Source: Candidatus Kapaibacterium sp. (GTDB lineage Bacteria > Bacteroidota > Ignavibacteria > Kapaibacteriales > UBA961). From it: a stretch of DNA of 33,035 bases. Below the pieces are notes generated by a model, which was not told the origin of the DNA, did not search any database, and saw only the letters and a list, made by a program, of their open reading frames with translations. The DNA lies in NCBI GenBank assembly GCA_023259575.1, contig JALRHN010000002.1, positions 1-33,035 on the forward strand, in the 5' to 3' direction. Made by a program: the position numbers and the translations under genes. Shown here one piece after another: positions 27,034 through 33,035 of this stretch (position 1 is the stretch's first letter; the number at the start of each line of letters is the position of its first letter).

Positions 27034-28908
27034 ATGTATCAATATTTATCACTAAGCAATATGTCATTATATCATATCCTTTTTTATACTTTTTTTATAT
27101 CATCAATACCAATTTTTGCAGGTACAACAGGTATAAAAGCAACTGTAAATATTAAAACCATTCATCAAGATATGGTTCACATTTCAATACTCACGCCACG
27201 TATTAACAGTGATGAAATATTATATATCATGCCTGCTTCAATACCTGGAACTTATGCCCGAATGAATTTTGGATATTTTGTAAAAAATTTTCAAGCTTAT
27301 GATAAAAAAGGAAATGCATTACCTGTTAGAAGAGAAAATGATAATGAGTTTAGGATAATAGGAGCTAAATCTCTTACACGTCTTGAATATGATATTAATG
27401 ATTCTTATGATGATAAAACATATAAACTAGATGTATTTAATCCAGCTGGTACAAATTTTCAAGTAGATACCAATATCATGATGGGACATCAAGGATTCAT
27501 TGGATATTTTGAAGGCTTGCAAAAAGTAGCTTATGAGATAAAAGTGATAAAACCTTCATTTTTTTGGGGTGCTACTTCATTACAAAAAAAGTCTGTTTCT
27601 GATACTATTGATATATTATCTGCCAAAGATTACGATGAATTAATCGATAATCCAGCAATGTATTCAAAGCCAGATTCTGTCTCGTATATGCAAGGAAAAA
27701 CCAAAATTACTGTTGCAGTGTATTCAACTGGTGGAAAAGTAACAGCACAAATGGTTGCAAAAGCATTAAAGCCAGTTACTTCAACTGTAGAAAAGTTTTT
27801 AGGTACTATGCCAGTGGATAGATATACATTTATCTTATATTTTGTAGGACAAGACAGAAGTGATTTACGCAAAAGAGAAGCATATGGTGCTTTAGAACAT
27901 AGTTATAGTTCTGTTTACTTTTTACCCGAGTCCTCAGATCCAAAATCATTAGAAGGGTGGGTTGCTCAAACTGCTGTTCATGAATTTTTACATATTCTTA
28001 TCCCTTTAAATTTACATAGCAAAGAAATTGAACATTTTGATTTTAAAGAACCTAAGATGTCTAAACATTTATGGCTTTATGAAGGAGTAACAGAATATTT
28101 TTCTGTATTAGCCCAAGCTAAAGCCGGTGAAATATCAGAAAAAACTTTACTTAATAGATTACGCAGAAAGATTATAAGTACTAAATTTATCATGCCTAAT
28201 CCAGTTTCTTTAAGCGAATTAGCACTTAATGTTATGCAAAGTGAATATCAAAAATTATATCCAGTAATTTATGAAAAAGGCGCTCTGATAGGTTTAATGC
28301 TTGATATCAAGCTAAGAGAAGTATCTGGAGGTTCTACCACTTTATTAAGTCTTATCCGTTCTTTGTCTACTAAATTTGGGCCTGCAAAACCTTTTGATGA
28401 TAGTATATTATTTTCTATCATAGAAAAAGAAACCAAGCCGGAAATCACAGATTTCTTTAGGCGTTTTGTAGACTCTACAGAAGAGATACCATATGAACAA
28501 GAATTTGCAAAAATAGGATTTGAATATGCTGCTAAAAAGAATGTACTTTCTTATAGTTTTAGTGGCATCAAACCTAATATTAATACAATGGAAGATGATG
28601 AAATGCCAGATACTTTACGCTTGTCTGTAAAAGATACTAATAATGTTCTAGGCGCTAAACAAGGTGATATAGTTGTGTCTGTTCAAGGAAAAAATATCAA
28701 CCTTGAACAAGAAGATGATGAAGCTTACCAAGCTTTATTCTCTCCACAAACTGATGATGAAGTAATTATCAATGTAATTCGTAATGGACAAAGTATTACA
28801 TTAAAAGGAAAACCGAAATCATCTGAAAAAACCGAAGAATTTTATCTTCGTGTTAATCCAATGGCAACCGAAGCTCAAAAAGCTTTTGGTGCTTCTATTT
28901 TTCATTGA
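27034..28908 (+). CDS. M61-like (gluzincin) metallopeptidase with a C-terminal PDZ-like domain, secreted
   Basis: HEXXH (HEFLH), with a downstream Glu in LWLYEGVTEYF 30 residues after the second His. A PDZ-like segment is present (GAKQGDIVVSVQGKNI...VIRNGQSITLKG), as is an N-terminal signal-like hydrophobic stretch. The start is ATG 27034, with 27061 as an alternative. Confidence 0.7.
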   Translation: MYQYLSLSNMSLYHILFYTFFISSIPIFAGTTGIKATVNIKTIHQDMVHISILTPRINSDEILYIMPASIPGTYARMNFGYFVKNFQAYDKKGNALPVRRENDNEFRIIGAKSLTRLEYDINDSYDDKTYKLDVFNPAGTNFQVDTNIMMGHQGFIGYFEGLQKVAYEIKVIKPSFFWGATSLQKKSVSDTIDILSAKDYDELIDNPAMYSKPDSVSYMQGKTKITVAVYSTGGKVTAQMVAKALKPVTSTVEKFLGTMPVDRYTFILYFVGQDRSDLRKREAYGALEHSYSSVYFLPESSDPKSLEGWVAQTAVHEFLHILIPLNLHSKEIEHFDFKEPKMSKHLWLYEGVTEYFSVLAQAKAGEISEKTLLNRLRRKIISTKFIMPNPVSLSELALNVMQSEYQKLYPVIYEKGALIGLMLDIKLREVSGGSTTLLSLIRSLSTKFGPAKPFDDSILFSIIEKETKPEITDFFRRFVDSTEEIPYEQEFAKIGFEYAAKKNVLSYSFSGIKPNINTMEDDEMPDTLRLSVKDTNNVLGAKQGDIVVSVQGKNINLEQEDDEAYQALFSPQTDDEVIINVIRNGQSITLKGKPKSSEKTEEFYLRVNPMATEAQKAFGASIFH

Positions 28909-28927
28909 TTGTCCATATTTATTTGTT

Positions 28928-30961
28928 ATGATACAGCAGCCTACTCCAAGAAAAACTGATTTTAGTACAATTGTTCATGGTTATGCCCTGGCAGATCCAT
29001 ATCATTGGTTAAAGCAGAAAGATACTCAAGAAGTATTAGATTATTTGCATGCAGAGAATGCATATATGAAACAGTATATGAGCTCTACAGAACAGTTACA
29101 AGAGCAATTGTATGCAGAAATGAGAGGGCGTATTAAAGAACAAGATAGCACTGTACCAGAAAAATCAGGTGAATATCTGTATTATTCTCGTACCGAAGAA
29201 GGTAAACAATATCGAATTTTCTGCAGAAAAAAAGATATCAGCGATTCACAAGAAGAAGTAATTTTAGATGCAAATCAATTAGCAGAAGGACATCCCTATT
29301 TTGTTCTAGGAAATCTAAAATGGAGTCCAAATCATCGCTTTATAGCTTATTCTTGCGATATGAATGGCTCTGAACATTTTTCGATTTATGTAAAAGATCT
29401 TTCTAATGGTACTATTCATCCTGAAGTTCTACATGGTGCAGATACTTCTATAGAATGGTTTCAGGATTCTCATACTTTTCTGTATTTATCTTTAGATTCT
29501 ACAAGAAGAGCATATAAAGTATTTAGACATCACTTAGGAACAGAACAAGAAACTGATGCATTATTGATTCATGAAACTGATGAAGCTTTTTTTCTTGGTT
29601 TGGATTCTTCCAGAGATGGAGCATATTTATTTGCAGATGCTTCAAGCAAAACTACTTCGGAAGTATGGATGATGTCTGCTAATGATACAAATACAGAATT
29701 TTTTAGCATTATGGGTAGAACCCATAATCATGAATATTCTGTTACTTCATTTGGCTCTGCTTTATATATTCTAAGTAATGATCAAGCCACAAATTTTCGC
29801 TTAATGGTTGCCAATATTCAAACTCCTTCCGTGTGGACAGAGTTTATTCCGCATCGCCCTGAAACACGATTACAATGGGTATTTCCTTATGCTACATATA
29901 TCATTATTGGCGAAAGAACTGCTGGCATAACAGGAATGCGTATTCAGAGTATTTCAGATATTCAAGATTTCCATTATCCAGATTTTCCAGAACCTGTTTA
30001 TGAAATCTATCCTGGTAAAAATTATGAACCTGATTCTGAAACATTTCGGATTCATTATAGTTCTCCAATAACACCTCCATCAGTTTATAATTATCATGTT
30101 TCACATAAACATTTAGAATTGTTAAAAAGGGACACAATTAAAGGTGATTATAATCCTGAAGACTATATTACCGAGCGTCATTATGCAGAAGTAGAACATG
30201 GAGTCAAAGTTCCATTAACAATTACACGGAAAAGGAATTGTGTTTTAAATGGTCAATCACCTGCATTTATGATTGGTTATGGTTCTTATGGTTTTTCTCT
30301 GCCTCCCTCTTTTTCTTCTTCTATTATTAGCTTAATGAATAGAGGTTTTATCTGCGTCAAAGCCCATATTAGAGGTGGAGGAGATATGGGAGAACAATGG
30401 TATTTAGATGGAAAATTGAAACATAAAAAAAATACATTTACAGATTTTATCGCTTGTGCTGAATATCTAATCAATAATAAATTTACTTCTGCAGATAGAT
30501 TAGCAGTGCAGGGCGGAAGCGCCGGAGGATTGCTTATGGGTGCAATCGCTAATATGCGTCCAGATTTATTTGCATGTATTGTTGCAAGTGTACCATTTGT
30601 AGATTTAATGAATACTATGTTAGATAGTACATTGCCACTTACAATTGCTGAATACGAAGAATGGGGAAATCCACATCAACAAGAAGATTTTGAATATATG
30701 CTAAGTTATTCTCCTTATGACAATATATCTCATCAATCATATCCTCATATACTTGCTATAGCCGGATATCATGATCAAAGAGTTTCATATTGGGAACCTG
30801 CAAAATGGATTGCTAAATTGAGAGATTTTTCTACTAGTGAATCTGCTATTTTACTGTATACTAAGTTTTCTGCAGGACATTTTGGTGCATCAGGAAGATT
30901 CGATTATCTTAAAGAATTAGCATTGGAATATGCTTTTATCTTAAAACATATACCAAACTGA
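28928..30961 (+). CDS. ptrB: Oligopeptidase B (protease II), S9A prolyl-oligopeptidase family
   Basis: The N-terminus HGYALADPYHWLKQKD...VLDYLHAENAY is typical of PtrB. A beta-propeller region follows. The catalytic Ser lies in QGGSAGGLLMGA, the Asp in AGYHDQRV and the His in SAGHFGA. The start is set at ATG 28928 (MIQQPTPRK); the track's extension overlaps the upstream gene. Confidence 0.88.
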   Translation: MIQQPTPRKTDFSTIVHGYALADPYHWLKQKDTQEVLDYLHAENAYMKQYMSSTEQLQEQLYAEMRGRIKEQDSTVPEKSGEYLYYSRTEEGKQYRIFCRKKDISDSQEEVILDANQLAEGHPYFVLGNLKWSPNHRFIAYSCDMNGSEHFSIYVKDLSNGTIHPEVLHGADTSIEWFQDSHTFLYLSLDSTRRAYKVFRHHLGTEQETDALLIHETDEAFFLGLDSSRDGAYLFADASSKTTSEVWMMSANDTNTEFFSIMGRTHNHEYSVTSFGSALYILSNDQATNFRLMVANIQTPSVWTEFIPHRPETRLQWVFPYATYIIIGERTAGITGMRIQSISDIQDFHYPDFPEPVYEIYPGKNYEPDSETFRIHYSSPITPPSVYNYHVSHKHLELLKRDTIKGDYNPEDYITERHYAEVEHGVKVPLTITRKRNCVLNGQSPAFMIGYGSYGFSLPPSFSSSIISLMNRGFICVKAHIRGGGDMGEQWYLDGKLKHKKNTFTDFIACAEYLINNKFTSADRLAVQGGSAGGLLMGAIANMRPDLFACIVASVPFVDLMNTMLDSTLPLTIAEYEEWGNPHQQEDFEYMLSYSPYDNISHQSYPHILAIAGYHDQRVSYWEPAKWIAKLRDFSTSESAILLYTKFSAGHFGASGRFDYLKELALEYAFILKHIPN

Positions 30962-30981
30962 TAAAAATAGAAAGGTTAACT

Positions 30982-31446
30982 ATGAATGAACAACAAAGTC
31001 ATGAGTATTCCTATAATGTCGATTTTTATTGGAAAGCACTTGCTATGTATGGCATTGCATTGCTTGTTTATGCTGCTTTAAAGGGTACTATCGATGAAAG
31101 TCGATTCTCGCTGGTTCTTACAGATCCAATTGTTATTCTATTAGGAATATTTGTGATTGGCTCTTCTATTGCCCTATTAATTAATAGAAATGCACATAGA
31201 ACTGTTATCATTGGTGATAATTTTATTGCTTTCAGAAATCGTTTTAGAGAACGTATTTTTACTACAGATTCTATAGTGTCTATTGTTCTTGGAAAAGAAA
31301 GACGTTTTAAAACTGGTGCACTAAAAGTTGTAAAAATTTATGTAAAAAATAAAAGAAGACCATTGCGTTTAAGGCCTTCTCTTTTCGAAAATGAACAACA
31401 ACTCTTAGCAGATTTATACCGTCTTAATACTTTAATACAATCATAA
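30982..31446 (+). CDS. Membrane protein: two TM helices plus a C-terminal bacterial-PH-like domain (tentative)
   Basis: Two hydrophobic helices (ALAMYGIALLVYAAL and IVILLGIFVIGSSIALLI) precede a basic soluble domain of about 85 aa (TVIIGDNFIAFRNRF...KVVKIYVKNKRRPLRLRP). The layout resembles bPH/DUF304-type proteins. No search was done. Confidence 0.55.
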   Translation: MNEQQSHEYSYNVDFYWKALAMYGIALLVYAALKGTIDESRFSLVLTDPIVILLGIFVIGSSIALLINRNAHRTVIIGDNFIAFRNRFRERIFTTDSIVSIVLGKERRFKTGALKVVKIYVKNKRRPLRLRPSLFENEQQLLADLYRLNTLIQS

Positions 31447-31448
31447 CC

Positions 31449-32066
31449 ATGATACAATCTGGTGTTATAATAACAAGTTTAGCATTCATTTTTGCTTATA
31501 CTTCTGGTTTTGCAAAAACAAGTTCAAATGCAGCCAAGATTCATACATCTATTGTATCATATACCAAAAGCCTTCAAAATCATATTAAAGATGCTTATGT
31601 TTTTCTTAATATCATTGGCAATGAAGAAGAAAAAGCTTTTGTTAAAACTTCAATCACTGGCGAGTTAATTTCACAGTTTAATGCCTCAATTATTACCGAT
31701 TCTCCAAATAGCGAAGATGCAACAGTTCTTACTGTACAATTATTAGAAATTGGGACTCGATATTCGAATTATGATGAATCTTCAGATTCATTAAAAAGAG
31801 AAATAGTTTTTACGTGTAATACTACGATAAGTAAAGGGAAAGATTCAAAAAAAAACATTATAGTTTTACCGCAGTTTCAACAATCAGACATAGATATTAT
31901 CTCTAAATCAGAAATAGACGAAATACAATTACCGGGTTTTACATTTTGCAAAGGAACTATACCGCAATCAAAGGAAACATTTTTAAGCGATATAGTGCAA
32001 CCAATAGTATATATAAGTACAGCAATATTAAGTACTTATCTTTTGTTTAGTGTCCGTTCTAAATAA
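31449..32066 (+). CDS. Hypothetical envelope protein (205 aa) with an N-terminal hydrophobic segment and a C-terminal TM anchor
   Basis: Intact ORF starting 2 bp after the previous stop. N-terminal GVIITSLAFIFAYTSGFA and C-terminal IVYISTAILSTYLLFSV. No family recognised. Confidence 0.55.
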   Translation: MIQSGVIITSLAFIFAYTSGFAKTSSNAAKIHTSIVSYTKSLQNHIKDAYVFLNIIGNEEEKAFVKTSITGELISQFNASIITDSPNSEDATVLTVQLLEIGTRYSNYDESSDSLKREIVFTCNTTISKGKDSKKNIIVLPQFQQSDIDIISKSEIDEIQLPGFTFCKGTIPQSKETFLSDIVQPIVYISTAILSTYLLFSVRSK

Positions 32067-32103
32067 GAATACATATAATTTTTAACTATTATTCTCTTAC
32101 TTT

Positions 32104-32544
32104 ATGATAAAGTATCTAATATGCTTGATTGTAATAATGGCTTGTTCCGTTTTACATGCTCAGAATATCCAAGATTTTAAAACAAAGAACTCTGCAAATC
32201 AAAAAGAAAGGACTGCTATGTTAGATTTGCTGAGAGCTAAAATGAAAAAATCGTTAAAAATTGATTTTTCTTATGTTGTAGAACATTTTAAAGTATCATC
32301 ACATTATGCATGGATGCAAGGAACTGCCCAGAGAAAAGATGGAAAACCATTAGAATTAAATCCAGATTTGGATCTCGATTGTTGTATGGTTACTTGTTTA
32401 TTTAAAAAAGTACGCGGTTCTTGGCAAATAGAAGAAGAAGGATATTTTGGTACAGATGTTTGGTATGAAGGAATTGGAGATAGATATCCAGATGCTCCTC
32501 AGGGAATTTTTCCTTCTTATGAAATATATTATAATGGGAATTAA
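32104..32544 (+). CDS. Hypothetical small secreted protein (146 aa)
   Basis: Signal peptide MIKYLICLIVIMACSVLHAQN. The mature part has a CC pair and aromatic-rich segments. No family recognised. Confidence 0.55.
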   Translation: MIKYLICLIVIMACSVLHAQNIQDFKTKNSANQKERTAMLDLLRAKMKKSLKIDFSYVVEHFKVSSHYAWMQGTAQRKDGKPLELNPDLDLDCCMVTCLFKKVRGSWQIEEEGYFGTDVWYEGIGDRYPDAPQGIFPSYEIYYNGN

Positions 32545-33035
32545 ATTTTTATACACACATTTTTGGGCTCTGTAAAAAATCTTAATACTTCAAAGCCGCC
32601 TTCACGGCCAACACCAGAGTGTTTAACACCTCCAAAAGGAGTTCTTAAGTCTCTTAATAACCAACAATTAACCCATACTATGCCAAAATCAAGGGCAGCA
32701 GATACTCTATGAGCTTTACTTAGATGCTCTGTCCAAATATTTGCAGCCAAACCATATGTTGTTCCATTTGCTAAAGAAATGGCTTCTGCTTCATCAGAAA
32801 AAGATTGAAGAGTGACAACAGGACCAAATATCTCTTCTTGATTTGTTCTACAAGTATTTGATAATCCTTCTATAACAGTTGGCTCTAGGAAATAACCCTT
32901 TTCGCAAGCTCCTTGAGGATATACTGATTTTCCCCCGCATAACACTGTTCCACCCTCTTGAATCGCCAAATCTATATATGATTTTACTTTATTGATATGT
33001 CCTTCGGAAACTAAAGCACCTATCTTTGTATCAGC
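32541..33035 (-). CDS. Aldehyde dehydrogenase family protein, C-terminal fragment (5' end outside window)
   Basis: The minus-strand frame is open from the window edge: ADTKIGALVSEGHINKVKSYIDLAIQEGG... It carries the conserved EEIFGPV and GGVKHSGVGREGG motifs. The track's 'M' at 32969 is a TTG inside the continuous frame. Confidence 0.9.
   Translation of the reverse strand, partial: ADTKIGALVSEGHINKVKSYIDLAIQEGGTVLCGGKSVYPQGACEKGYFLEPTVIEGLSNTCRTNQEEIFGPVVTLQSFSDEAEAISLANGTTYGLAANIWTEHLSKAHRVSAALDFGIVWVNCWLLRDLRTPFGGVKHSGVGREGGFEVLRFFTEPKNVCIKI

Noticed and set aside
5927-30474. About 22 short track ORFs (60-119 aa) lying antisense or out of frame inside long family-assigned genes. They start at 5927, 6164, 9151, 10496, 11440, 12824, 14704, 15182, 15975, 17834, 18481, 18709, 19840, 20761, 21124, 21460, 22897, 25231, 25340, 26020, 27630, 29904 and 30286.
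   Set aside because: Each is fully embedded in a CDS with strong family motifs on the other frame or strand. None shows a recognisable motif. Such shadow ORFs are expected by chance.
32541-32544. TTAA shared by the two convergent stop codons of the 146-aa ORF and the aldehyde dehydrogenase
   Set aside because: It is real, but a trivial consequence of compact gene packing. No functional implication can be drawn.
1-33035. Scan for CRISPR arrays, tRNA/rRNA genes, long direct or inverted repeats, IS elements and composition shifts
   Set aside because: The intergenic space totals only about 1.5 kb, in pieces of 250 bp or less outside the pheT-ddl gap. I saw no cloverleaf-like GC-rich segments, no spaced repeats, no transposase-like ORFs and no obvious compositional break by eye.

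Overview
This is a 33-kb, AT-rich and very densely coding window with about 31 CDS; both edges cut through genes. It reads as ordinary core chromosome, not an accessory island.

Lineage guess (inference only): FCB-group, Bacteroidota/Ignavibacteriota-like. The grounds are that pheT has no adjacent pheS, almost no start codon has a Shine-Dalgarno sequence, and there is a FISUMP-type lipoprotein and a WG-repeat protein.

Gene order:
- Plus strand, left edge: Fe/Mn superoxide dismutase 3' fragment.
- Minus strand: pheT, a 203-aa unknown, an OmpR-type response regulator.
- Plus strand: small membrane ORF, ddl, FtsL-like protein, IDH3-like isocitrate dehydrogenase with a C-terminal extension, two-domain lipoprotein, short MutY-like glycosylase, histidine kinase, acyl-CoA dehydrogenase, FISUMP lipoprotein.
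- Minus strand: acyl-CoA carboxyltransferase, WG-repeat protein, rhomboid protease, ArfB, CrtI-like oxidoreductase.
- Plus strand: XerC/D, SDR, murQ, pyruvate kinase, MoxR ATPase, DUF885, RNase R, M61-like peptidase with PDZ, oligopeptidase B, three small unknown envelope proteins.
- Minus strand, right edge: aldehyde dehydrogenase 3' fragment.

I found no rRNA, tRNA, CRISPR array, transposase, phage gene or recognisable defence gene. I see no convincing evidence for a novel system.

The least-explained parts are the coupled trio of unknown envelope proteins (30982-32544), the 203-aa unknown wedged between pheT and an orphan response regulator, the short MutY-like protein with an atypical Fe-S spacing, and the IDH C-terminal extension. 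All family calls rest on motifs read from the translations and remembered family knowledge. No searches were run.
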